From NCBI GenBank assembly GCA_002245135.1, contig NGBS01000639.1, positions 1 through 45,824 on the forward strand: a DNA stretch of 45,824 nt, written 5' to 3'. Numbering within the stretch: the stretch's first letter is position 1; each line of letters begins with the position of its first letter. Source of the stretch: Proteromonas lacertae. Lineage: Eukaryota. The translations under genes and the position numbers were made by a program. The notes under the pieces are model-generated. The model saw only the letters and a list, made by a program, of their open reading frames with translations, had not been told where the DNA came from and did not search any database. Positions 28,205-40,206 of this stretch are shown here, piece after piece.

Positions 28205-28689
28205 TGTAAATATATTCATCAACTGATTTATTATACAATTATGAAAATTTACTTCTCTACCTAATCATTTCTCACCTATCTTCATTCAAATTAATTTTCA
28301 CAATTTTTTGATAGTTTCATAATTCTGTAGAAATACGTTTACTTTAGTCATTATATGCTTCATTATAATTGCATTGCTGTTTTGACATTGTCACAATAAT
28401 AATATCCATCCTATTTCAAGTAAAAAACAATTAATTTTCAGAAACATAAAAGCTATTAAAAGCTATTAATATACATCAATATAGATATAAAAAAATGTAT
28501 AGAATACAGTTGAAAGATATCTCATTTATATGTTATCTAGTTGTCATAAAAAAAAGAAACGGATATTTCAAATGAACTTAATTAGTGACTTGATATATTT
28601 ATTTTAATCTAAGATTCACAATGTTTATATCCATTCTTTGTACATTCACTATTTCCTTCTATACATTTTCTTTAACATTTCGATTTCAT

Positions 28690-29250
28690 TATTTTCACAA
28701 GAATAAGATTCTACATACATCGACTTGTTATTAAGATATCTTCATAAATTGGTTAACAATTACAATCACCTTTTACTAAACCTTCACAACTACCTTGACT
28801 TCCACTTCCTCTACAACTCATTTCTTCTATTATACTTGTTCCATTTTGATAACATATTGTTCCATCTGCTAAAGGCATTCTTTTTCCATACTCCCCAAAC
28901 ACCTTGTAAGAAACCTTTACCACATTCACATTCACTTATACATTGGAGTGTTTGTATTAGGATTAGGATATAAACACATTCACCACTTATTCAACCACTA
29001 CATATACCTTCATCATATCCGTTACAACCACTATCAATTGTAATATTATATTCATCTACTCTTCCACATACTAGATTATTCTCGATATTTATATATCACC
29101 ATCTTCCTTCAATATATTCTTAATAACCATATCCACATCGACATCTATCAATATATCTTTGACTTCTTTCTGTACATACTCGAGGGATGATTCCCTAAAT
29201 CATCTTTAAATCACTTGGATCATTCTCTAATTCATGAGCTACTCTTTCCG
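28690..29250 (-). pseudogene. Degraded Cys/Gly-rich coding remnant
   Basis: Minus-strand pieces IDSGCNGYDEGICSG, CISECECGKG, PLADGTICYQNG and SCRGSGSQGSCEGLVKGDCNC are broken by stops and frameshifts. Confidence 0.35.
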
Positions 29251-29929
29251 TATCTATAAAAATTATCAAAATGAATTGATATATCAGACAAATTAAGTCA
29301 ATATATCAAGTCAAGTTACAATATAACACTATAAGAATTCTAATCTATGTGAGTAAAGCTAAGAAAATATCTCCTTATATGCAAATGACATTTCAAATTT
29401 ACACCATTACAAATTTATAAGTTTTTTTTTTGACTTTGAAACGTTTTTTCTCAATAACTAAAATAAATTGGACGATAAAAATTTGCCACTATATGAGTTA
29501 TGAGTTGGAATATATACTGGTGTAGTTAGTTTCAAAAATACGTGATTTTGGTCATTTCTTCTTTTTTAATTTTATATGTAAATTTTGATAACTCTAACCA
29601 AAATACATAACATGAAGAATTTTCTTTTAAATATTCTTTCTACGAGTTGCTAAAAATATATTTAAAGTGAGTAAAAGTAGGTAAAAATCCGAAAACCAAA
29701 CACCTAAAAAAAATTGTCAGAATCGAAAATCTCAAAATTCATATATTAATAGGAAGTCAAATAAATTAATATTAAGGAAACAGAATGTCTGGATATGCAG
29801 TTTACTTTTGGTATATATAGCTAAGTGTTATAAGAGAGGTAATTTAGATAGGTAATGTCAAAGTTGGTAATTTATATTTCATTTATAGAATGAATGCTAT
29901 TCTATTGCAATTATGATTATTACATAAAA

Positions 29930-31520
29930 CACAAACAAAATTAATTAATTTATAATATAATTTCTTCACCATCATATATTACACATATTCTTTGTAATCC
30001 AACCTATATAAATATAAGATAAATAATTAATTATACTATTGCAAACATCTAATTCTAAAAAAAATTATAAAAAGAATAAAAATATACTTAAGGTTTTTCC
30101 ATCTACAACATAATAAAACAAATAAAATATACATTCTACTCAACTGAATCTAGTTCATTTGTTAATAGCATCACGCCTTCATCTTCAATTAAAATACTAT
30201 TCAGTCGATAATCAATTGTAATATAAATATTATCACATATAAACATATACTTATGAATGAAGAACTTTTCAATACTCATCTTTTCTTCTTCTACTAATAC
30301 TATTGTAATTCATTTCACCTTTATGAACTAACATATCAATTTGAATATCTATTTCATTATAATTATTGAATATTATTAATATAAATATATATACTGTTAA
30401 TGAATAACTTGTAAAATAATATTTAATCCACTTGAAGATAATTCTATCTCTATTGAAGTAAATTAAATTATTATTATTATACTTGTAGATTCTATTAAAA
30501 TGTATTCTATTAAACTCCTCTTTATATGCGAATAATTCTATATATAATATATTTAATTTCTCTTACTAAACTACCTGTAAATGATATCTATAAATGATAC
30601 CTGTAAATAATACTTTCTTTTCTACTCTTTGTTTCAATAATTCTTCATAAGCAGCATCCTTTACTTCCATCACACCAAATTATATATCCAATCACTTCAT
30701 TTCAGTAACTTTGGATATACGGAATATTGATAACACTATAATTTACATTAATATATAAAATAATATTAATTATTAGTATTATACATTCTTTTATGAACTA
30801 ATATATTGGATAAATGATCAGTAAATTTCATTGTCTCACTGTGAACAACTGCTTTATACTGGAGCAGCAACTGGTGCACTACTACGAACTAATTCATTTT
30901 CTCCTTTCAATAAACGAGGTGAAATTGGTGACTTGATATAATGAAGTATTTAAATTCAAATTATTTAATTTTGTACTTCCATTAATATTACTATTACTTG
31001 GAGATTCTTTTAATGATTTTGTTTATATATTATTCACATTCTGTTTGTGTATCATCTAAATGGCTTATATATTATGAAATATAAATACTGTTGGAGGAGG
31101 AGTTGGATTATAAATATGTTCATTCTCTTTATTCTCAATCTCATCAATAGATTTTGTTATTGAATATTTACTCTTTCTTTTCTGTTTTTGTTGAGAAAGG
31201 AATCTTGCGCTTTTACTCTTGGTTTCAATAATTCTTCATCTTTTAATGTAAATGTATTCCTGAATCTGCAGTCTCATTTCCATCCAATTGAAGTTCTTTA
31301 AGATTTGGCACTGAAAATAAACGGCTAATATGTATTTCTACACTTTCATATGTTGATTATCTAAATGAATATAAAAATATTAAATTATACTTCTCAAATC
31401 TATCTTTTCTGTTTCTCTGAGTTTATTTAACCTTAATGAAGTGAAGGAGTTGCAAAAAAAGCAATACTGATATCTAAAATATTCTTGTAATAACACATAT
31501 ACCATCAAACTAGCCCATAT
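29930..31520 (-). pseudogene. Probable multi-exon gene or remnant of unknown function
   Basis: Coding-like minus-strand segments (e.g. IYNPTPPPT, SPISPRLLKGENELVRSSAPVAAPV) bounded by gtat...tag intron-like ends. No clean model could be built. Confidence 0.3.
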
Positions 31521-32730
31521 TCCTAAATCGAAGGTTATTCAATTACAATTTATAGAACTACCAAATACAAATCAATTCTATAAAAAAAGATTTAAAATAA
31601 GATTTGAAAGAAATGAAAGAAAGGAAAGAAAGGAAAGAGGAAATATTAATAATATAAATATACTGCTTGAACTGCATAAAATAACAATAAAAAAAAAATT
31701 AGATTCAAAATACGTTTATAGTTTGAGAATTTTATAGAATTTTCTAAAATCGAAAATGAGTATTTTAGAAAATATCGTAGCAGCATATCCTCTTGCTGAA
31801 ACTGATTTGATTTTTTATAATAAAAATAATATATTATTCTATACCACAGTTAGTATAGGAATAGATTTCAAATCACATTTTAGAGCTACTATTAAATATG
31901 ATATTTCAACACCAATAAATCAAATAATCATTTCTTTGATGCACTACAGTGTATTCATAATAACCGAAAAATTAAAAATTATATCAACTGATGTGATAAA
32001 AAATTCATAATGATGATTCATATTCCAATTTTTTATTTCTTTTAAACTTTTGTAGTATACATAATTTTTATAAATTAATGGATATATACAACAAATATAT
32101 ATTAAAATATAAATACTTTAATATAAATATTAAAAATATAATACAAATAATATGTAACTATATATTATAAATAATATGTTTGATTTGTAGGTATTTTTGT
32201 TAGATATTCAACTATTTTATAATGTCTGAGGTAGTAATTTTATATAGATATTATAGATGAATATAAAGAAAGATTGCATATAATTGTAAATGTTAGTTGA
32301 AAATGTTAATTATTTTTATATTTTATGCATTAATGCACATTACTATGTAATTTTCGTAATATTAGTTGCATTATAAATCGGTTTTAAAGTTAATTCAAAA
32401 ATCATAAAATTTTATTTTTTGATGTTATATGCTTATATAAAACTTTAATAGTTTTCTATTATGTATATAAAATATAAACTTCTAATTCAAACTCAAACAT
32501 AACAAAAAAATGAAAAGAAGAAATGTTAAAAGCAAAGAACCGGACACCGATCTGAGCCTTGTATACTAATCCCTATATAACCTCAAGCCAAATTTCTTAT
32601 AGTGTATAATTATACAATTTATATTATGTTGTTTGTATGTAATATCTATATTACAACCTATATTATACGATCAGATATTACATATAACTTCAGATTGAAT
32701 ATTCTTTTATTTGATCAATGATAGAGAATA

Positions 32731-33285
32731 TATACGATTCTAATAAGCGATTTAATAACCAACTCTCACTTCGAATTATCACATCTTTCATGTTTAATAT
32801 CTCGATCAAATTATTCATTTCTAATCTCAACAAATATTCATTGTTATATAAATATTTATATCCTCGCTTCTCTATTTCTTTCTCTAGCAAATCATGAATC
32901 TCTTTTGAATGTTCAGGGAATTTGTTTGAAATGTCTATAACTTTGATTAAGATATCATCATCAATATCTTCCATTATAAATCCAATACAATCATCCATGA
33001 ATTTTTTGTCAAAAAAATAAAGATTAAATATCAATATTTCCCACACAGTATCTTTACAGATTATCAATTCACCACCACTGTAGTATCTCTCCATCTCATA
33101 AAAAATAGTTTCGCTTATATCTTCAGGTAACTCCAAAACTCCAACAAACTCACGATCTAACAACAGTTTCTTTAGAGTTTCATTTCCATTCACTAAAATT
33201 GACTTGATTGATTTGATTATATTATCTCCACACCTCACTTCTATATCACCAAAACCACTTTCAACCAATTTTCGACATAATCTAT
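32731..33285 (-). repeat. 555-bp inverted duplication of 34636-35190 (BTB exon fragment; truncated ORF 32690-33268)
   Basis: Reverse complement matches 34636-35190; the translations are identical up to LLNRLLE. Spacer is 1350 bp. Confidence 0.95.
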
Positions 33286-34573
33286 TATTATAACATCAAT
33301 TTTCTTGAAGATGACAAATGTATATATTTTTACTTCTTTTACTAATGAAATTTAATTATTATTCGTTTCAAATATTATCTGATATGAAAATTTTATAATA
33401 ACTTTAACAGCAGCTTATTTAAAAAAGAAATTAAAATGTAGGCTTTTGCGAGGCTTGAACTCATTTTTTCTTTTTTCACTACCTTAACATTAAAAATAGT
33501 GTATTCTATTCATATCTTATAATGTATTTTAGACTGTAGTAGTCACTGATACATCAAAATAGAAAATATACAAAAATTAGTTTAATATTGAGAATAATGA
33601 AGTTCATAAAAAAGTATATCACAGATGTAGGTCATATGACAAACTAACTATATATTTGTTAATAACTCTTTATAACTAAGATAAAAATGATATTAGTTTG
33701 TTTTAAAAGTAATTATATGATGAGAGAGGCTCAACGGCGCACAACAGCTCGTACAAGTATTATGAAATTTAGCAACATTTGATTGTAACAATCTGTAACG
33801 AATTTATTTTTATTATGAAACTAACTACACTACAGTAAAGTTAAACATATAATCGAGAAAAATCACTTTAAGTCAAAATATAAAACGTTTTATATTTTTC
33901 AATTATAATTCAGTAATAGAAAGGTCTACACTACAATGAGATACGTGATGTTAGATATTCGATGGAAAGTGGTGCAATGAGAAAACATCCTCACGAATTG
34001 CTGATGAATATAATGAAGATCATGAACAATATAGTAACATAGTAGAATATATGAGAAGTTGTGTAAATAGAAGATGTACAATTGTTTATTACAAAGAGAA
34101 ATTGCTACTACTACAGTTACAGCCAAATTCAAAAGTGTGTGATGCTGCTTCTGATTTTTTTAATTCTTCTCCTACACAACAATAAGAATAAACTATTATA
34201 ATATGTAAATTGGCTTGATAATAATTCTTCGTGAATATACATACCAGGAACTTCACCACTTATTCGTCTGTTTTAATTCTTCTAAAAATAATATCACATT
34301 CTCATTATCAATAACTGCTTTTTGGAATGTTCTTTCAATTTATCACAAAACATTTTGAATGTAAATTCTCTTGTAGTGTATAGAATGTTGCTCTTTGCAT
34401 ATGTGATACTAAATTAACTAATGATAAGATTGAACCTGCTTTTTAACTCAATGTTCTATTTATCTTTGAGATTGATTCTATTACTTGAGGGAATAGTTTA
34501 ATATTCATCAGAAAAATGTATTATTGTCCTTATCACACTATCTGCAATAGAATAAAATCATGTTTACATAAAG

Positions 34574-36697
34574 ATGATAATAAAAGTGAATAAAAGCATA
34601 AGAGAAGAGGGGTATATTTTATATTTAATTTTATGATAGATTATGTCGAAAATTGGTTGAAAGTGGTTTTGGTGATATAGAAGTGAGGTGTGGAGATAAT
34701 ATAATCAAATCAATCAAGTCAATTTTAGTGAATGGAAATGAAACTCTAAAGAAACTGTTGTTAGATCGTGAGTTTGTTGGAGTTTTGGAGTTACCTGAAG
34801 ATATAAGCGAAACTATTTTTTATGAGATGGAGAGATACTACAGTGGTGGTGAATTGATAATCTGTAAAGATACTGTGTGGGAAATATTGATATTTAATCT
34901 TTATTTTTTTGACAAAAAATTCATGGATGATTGTATTGGATTTATAATGGAAGATATTGATGATGATATCTTAATCAAAGTTATAGACATTTCAAACAAA
35001 TTCCCTGAACATTCAAAAGAGATTCATGATTTGCTAGAGAAAGAAATAGAGAAGCGAGGATATAAATATTTATATAACAATGAATATTTGTTGAGATTAG
35101 AAATGAATAATTTGATCGAGATATTAAACATGAAAGATGTGATAATTCGAAGTGAGAGTTGGTTATTAAATCGCTTATTGGAATGGTATAAATTCCAAAA
35201 GAATAAGAAAGATTATAAAGAGTTAAAAGATGATTTTAAACACATGATAGAAGAAGATATCGATGGTGAAAAGATAAAAGAGAAAGAGATAACAAAAGAA
35301 AATAAAGATACGTTGAAAGAAATGATAATAGAATTAAAGAAAAATGAATGTAACAATCACATAGAATTATATTTAATAAAAGATGAGAGAATTCAAAATG
35401 TAATAATCAACAAATACAATGAAGATAATAAAGAAGAAGACTTTAATGAAGAAGAAAGAGGAATATTGGATAAAATGAAAGAAGAAGAATTGGATGATGA
35501 AATAATGTGTATATTAGAAACGAATAAAGTAAAAATGACCGAAATAGCATTGATGATAATGAAATATAAAAACAAGAAAATCGAAAGTATAAATATTACA
35601 AATATATTTAAATAGAATATATCTCAAATATCGAAAAGAGAAGTATATTGGATAGATTATGTATGGAATATAATGAGAATAAAAGAAATCGAACAATGAA
35701 AAGTATATGTTTATTTGTTGATGATAAAGAGGATATTTCAATAATAGAAGAAATATGTGGAAAAGAAATTCTTTTTAGAATATTGAATGAAGAATCTTAC
35801 TTAGACTCTGATGGCAAAGACAGTTTAATTGATTATATCCAAAACAAGAGATTGAATTTCGAAGAAGAAGAAGAAATGAGTGAAATCTTCAAAGATAAAG
35901 AATTATTGGAAGAATTAAAAACAAAAGAAATCACATCATTTTCATATCCTCAATCAGAATATTCATTTATACTAAATGAAGAAATAATTATAATCCCATC
36001 AGTTGATGGAGATGTAATTGAATTTTCAATAAATCCACCATTACCTAATGGAATAATGATAGATATAGACAATGGAATAATTTATGGAAAAGTAGAAGAA
36101 GAATATGAAAAGAGAGAATATGAAATAAGTTGTAAGAATATTGTAAATGAAAAGAAATTCAAAATGTCATTAGAATATGTGATAGGAAAATTTACAGAAT
36201 TAAACAAAAGTGATGAAATATCAATATCAAATAATGGACAAATAATAAGTAATACAAATGGTAGTTATAATCATTGTTGTTTGAATTTGAAAATGAAAAA
36301 TGGAGTTTATCATATCAAATATAAATTTAATCAAAATGGAAGTGAATATGATGATATTATTTTAGGATTATCAACAGATAATACATATTCTGGTAGTGGT
36401 ATTCATAATGAATCAACAACATGTAATTATGTTGCATTTGAAGATAAAAGTCAAGATATTACTTCATATTGTCATATTTGAAGAGTTGTAAATTCAAATC
36501 CAAATTTCAATAATCATGGAAATGATTCAATTTATGAAGTGATTGTTGATATGAATAAAAGAGAATTTTGGATTAATCATAATGATTCAGATCCTGTTTT
36601 ACTTGTTAAAGATTTACCTTCACCATTATATCCTTATGTTGAAATGTATTATTCAGAAAATTCAATTGAATTATTATCTATTTCAAATCAAAATTAA
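34574..36697 (+). CDS. BTB/BACK - helical - Ig-like (He_PIG-type) - SPRY/B30.2-like protein with one in-frame TGA (36479-36481)
   Basis: ATG 34574 MIIKVNKSIREEG/intron/LCRKLVESGFGDIEV. ORFs 34653 and 35648 are joined by an intron. After TGA (GGA in the 6979 paralog) the frame continues RVVNSNPNF...LPSPLYPYVEMYYSENSIELLSISNQN*. Confidence 0.8.
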
Positions 36698-36976
36698 ATA
36701 CTGATTGTTTTTTTAAATATATTATTTTCGTTTTATTTTTGATGTATAAATAATTTCCATAACATAAAATCAGTGTTAGTATACTTCCTATATATAGCAT
36801 ATACGCTATTTAACTATATAACTATTTTAATAAACACATAATTACACGAAAATACTCACAATTATAAATATAAAACAATTTCATCCTATCCAAAAAGCCT
36901 GTATACTTTGCTTAATTGTTTTTCTACCTAATGTTGTAAAGAAATATATTAATGATTTTAAGCAGGGTTGTATAAA

Positions 36977-37512
36977 TCGGTCATGACCGACGGAGAAAAC
37001 CGATCGGTCGTAGGTCAATAAATAAATGTTGACCGACACCAGGCTGTAGTAACTATTAGCTGACCTCCTCCTAAACATGTGATATTAATAATATTATCTA
37101 ACTGTACATATTGAATTCAAGCTCTATATATCATTCTATAAAATACCGAATTAACCGTCGGTCGATGCGCTTTTTTCTTTCTTCATAATTGAATCTAACC
37201 TTACCAATGAGTTATTCTATATATATATGTATAACCGTAAGAATATCACTGTATGTGGGTAAACCGTACCAGACTATTCTTAGGTGCCTTCTACAGGTAA
37301 GAATAAGCGATTTGAGTGTGAATTAGTTTTTGGTACGGGTTATACTGGAGCAAGCGGTGAATTTTAAATTGTGTATATATTTTAGTGTGTGAATAAATTT
37401 ATGGGTCAAATTTTATTTTTATATTTTTAATAGTTTTTAGCGTAGGATAGTAGAAATAAAGTGTATAAATAGATAAGTAGCTACCTGTTCTACCCCGGCA
37501 GGGTAGCTACTT
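36977..37512. repeat. Palindrome/hairpin cluster with five GACCGA/TCGGTC hexamers
   Basis: Palindromes TCGGTCATGACCGA (36977-36990) and ACCGATCGGT (36999-37008). Inverted repeats GACCGACGG 36985/CCGTCGGTC 37155 and AAGTAGCTACC 37475/GGTAGCTACTT 37502. Confidence 0.75.
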
Positions 37513-37863
37513 TATAAAATAAGAAATGTATTTCTATGTAAGTAAGTAGCGTGTCCTGTGTAGCCTGACTAGGACTTAGTGATTAAATAGTGTGGTGGCC
37601 AAGCTACAGAATGCGTTCTTACTTTTTTTTTAGTTATTTTTTTCATTTATCAATTTATTCATGGATTTATATAGTGTAGTTAAAAACATTCAAAAGAATT
37701 TAAATAGTGTCAAAAATATATATTTAAAGAATTATCTGCAGTATTCTATATTTTTTAATAAATCGAAATTCTGACGAGAAACTGTTGTTATAAACAGAAA
37801 AAAGAAACAGTTTTGATTTTCCTGATATTTTAGAAAAACCGTTTTTATCAAAAAATATAAAAT

Positions 37864-38343
37864 ATGTGTGCTTCAGTAAACTTTGCTTTCTTTTGTTCAT
37901 TTAGAAATAATGAAGATTATTTAGATAAGTGTATATGCGGAACATGTAAGTTTTACTTATATTTTAACCATAATATAAGTGCAGTTTTAGATAGCCCATT
38001 ACCTAAGGAAGAGATAAAGTCTTATAATGAATTCTGTGCTATTTGTCATCAAAAGATGTGGACAAAGTATAGTGATAAGAGATATTATATGATGCTTTTC
38101 GATATTAAACCATCAGTAAAACCAAGAGGATTAAATAGACATTATTTTGCAGTGTTTGATAAGTATATTGAATGGTTAACACTACCTGAAGGAATGGGAA
38201 GTGTTCATTTGAAGAAGAATCCTATGTTGAAACATTATGTAAAGAAGAATTATATATTTGATGATAGTGATGATGATGAGGAAGAAGAAGCACAAGAAGA
38301 AGTTAAAGGAAACAATGATCAAACTACGATAAACATAGTTTAA
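37864..38343 (+). CDS. Cys/His-rich (putative zinc-binding) protein with acidic tail, probably viral
   Basis: 159-aa intronless ORF with CICGTC...H...CAICH and C-terminal DDSDDDEEEE. Confidence 0.6.
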   Translation: MCASVNFAFFCSFRNNEDYLDKCICGTCKFYLYFNHNISAVLDSPLPKEEIKSYNEFCAICHQKMWTKYSDKRYYMMLFDIKPSVKPRGLNRHYFAVFDKYIEWLTLPEGMGSVHLKKNPMLKHYVKKNYIFDDSDDDEEEEAQEEVKGNNDQTTINIV

Positions 38344-38466
38344 ATTTTAAAACGAATCTTTATCTTAAAATGATTTGGAACAGGGTTTAAAAATATGCGT
38401 AATTTAATAAAAATCACGTAATATAATAAAAACATAATAAAAACATAATAAATTCTATAATAAAAA

Positions 38467-39330
38467 TTATAGTAATTGATCTGTATCATAATAATAATCA
38501 GAGAAACCAGTATCTAAAAACTTTGTATCTATCGTTTGTGGTAATATAGCTTGGTATTGATTTGCATCTACTCCACTACTTTGTAATAATAAATCAAAAC
38601 TGCGAGTATCATTATATAAATAGAAATTACAGTAAATTTTTTGTGGTGGTATTCTACTATTATCATGTAGCTCTATAGGGAATGGAATTGCATTAGAACC
38701 GTCATTAGGATATGCTTTTAATAAAGCATTATAGTATTTTTCAAGCATATCATTTGTATTATATTTCTTTTTTAACACGTTATTAGCATCTAACCATAAA
38801 CGTATACTACATTGACGATAATCACCACTAAATACTTGACATAATTTTAATATCTTAATTCTCATAAATGTAGTAAATAAAGTTACTTTAATAGGAATTT
38901 TATCAACAACTTCACCATCTCTTCCTACAGTCCATGTACAATAATATTCACTTAAGATGACTGGAGTTTTAATGTTCATTAATTTACAATGCTCATATAT
39001 AGATAAACAACATATGCCTTTGTTATAATCTATAAAATCACTATAATCATAATCATATTTTTGATAACCAGTTACTTGTTTTGTATTATAATCATTTTGT
39101 TCATTATTAGAAGATAATGTTGTGACTGCAGTTAATGTACTATCAATTTTATTATCACATCCACTTATTTTAATATTACATTTTTCAATTTCATCATTGA
39201 TGGGTTTAATAATAGTATCAGGATCAATAGGATCAGAAGGAGGAGGTATATTTATTTTGTCAGCTATATCTTTAGCAAGCTTATCTGTATCTATGTTTAA
39301 ATCAATAGTTTGTCTATCCCCAATAAACAT
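38467..39330 (-). CDS. Hypothetical viral protein, fiber/spike-like candidate
   Basis: Likely start MFIGDRQ at 39330. Pro hinge (IPPPSDPIDP), heptad stretch (INDEIEKCNIKISGCDNKIDSTLTAVTTL), then a globular aromatic-rich C-terminal domain. Co-oriented downstream of the ATPase/capsid genes. Confidence 0.6.
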   Translation of the reverse strand: MFIGDRQTIDLNIDTDKLAKDIADKINIPPPSDPIDPDTIIKPINDEIEKCNIKISGCDNKIDSTLTAVTTLSSNNEQNDYNTKQVTGYQKYDYDYSDFIDYNKGICCLSIYEHCKLMNIKTPVILSEYYCTWTVGRDGEVVDKIPIKVTLFTTFMRIKILKLCQVFSGDYRQCSIRLWLDANNVLKKKYNTNDMLEKYYNALLKAYPNDGSNAIPFPIELHDNSRIPPQKIYCNFYLYNDTRSFDLLLQSSGVDANQYQAILPQTIDTKFLDTGFSDYYYDTDQLL

Positions 39331-39374
39331 TTTTTGTATTAATAAACAATAAAATAATAAAATTAATAAAAACA

Positions 39375-40136
39375 TCAAGAAACTGCAGAATGATCTTCAA
39401 TTAAAATATTGAAGTTAGCTCTAAACACTTTTTTAACATTATCAATATATAAGAAGTTATATTGTGGCTTAGTAACAGCTAAATATAACTCTTTAAATGT
39501 TTCATATTCAGGTATCCATATATTCAATGAGTTGTATAAGTCAAACAAATTTCTATTACTCAATCCATAAAATGTTAAACAATAATCTACTTGTGATCTT
39601 GCTGAAGGCACTATATCAGTAATATATTGACTACTAATTATAATTTTTGATTTTAAATGTCTATTTTCTTTCATTAATACTGGTATGATATTAGCTGTTT
39701 TCAACTCTAAACTAAGATCATCAAATATTATAATATGTTCTGCATACTCATAATTATCTTTGTTTGTATCATCAATTGATTTCATTAACTTCTCTACTAA
39801 ATTATCTCCTGAATAAGGTTCAAATAATGAATCATTTTCATCATAACTAATTTCATTATAATCTAATAACTCTTTAATTGAATCATATATCCTATCTTGT
39901 TTGATTGTGCCTACGAAAAAATGTACATGTTGTTTTTTCTTATATTTTGGATCTATAATATGTCTTAATATATTGTATATCAAAGTGGTTTTACTACTGT
40001 TCTTACGAGCCACAATAAAAATATTGCAGAAAGGCTCATTAAAGTAATCATAACCCAGAATTTTCTTAGGATCAAAAGACTCACCACCATCAACAGGCTC
40101 AATTTGTATGTTATTTATTTTTTCAAATTTAAACAT
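39375..40136 (-). CDS. A32/FtsK-HerA-family DNA packaging ATPase
   Basis: Walker A IFIVARKNSSKTT, Walker B IIIFDD, then ENRHLKSKIIISSQ and IVPSARSQVDY, which are the A32-type RH, SQ and P-R motifs. Confidence 0.9.
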   Translation of the reverse strand: MFKFEKINNIQIEPVDGGESFDPKKILGYDYFNEPFCNIFIVARKNSSKTTLIYNILRHIIDPKYKKKQHVHFFVGTIKQDRIYDSIKELLDYNEISYDENDSLFEPYSGDNLVEKLMKSIDDTNKDNYEYAEHIIIFDDLSLELKTANIIPVLMKENRHLKSKIIISSQYITDIVPSARSQVDYCLTFYGLSNRNLFDLYNSLNIWIPEYETFKELYLAVTKPQYNFLYIDNVKKVFRANFNILIEDHSAVS

Positions 40137-40206
40137 AGTGTGTATATATATATATTATGTAGTGAGAAATCAAAAATAAAAATAGAAGTCAATAATAAAG
40201 TGTTAT

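Noticed and set aside
33438..33465. tRNA-like T-arm on the minus strand (GAGTTCAAGCCTCGCAAAAGCC)
   Set aside because: No D-arm, anticodon arm or 5' acceptor strand; at most a fragment.
33900..34560. Coding-like pieces between the inverted repeat arms
   Set aside because: Stops in all frames and no recognisable family; no gene model can be supported.
36881..37078. 65-aa minus-strand ORF in the palindrome cluster
   Set aside because: Short, no recognisable motifs, and explained by locally higher GC.
39331..39378. Signal peptide-like N-terminus (MMFLLILLFYCLL) of the 303-aa ORF
   Set aside because: Probably T-rich intergenic sequence read from a TTG; the AAAAATG at 39330 is the more plausible start.
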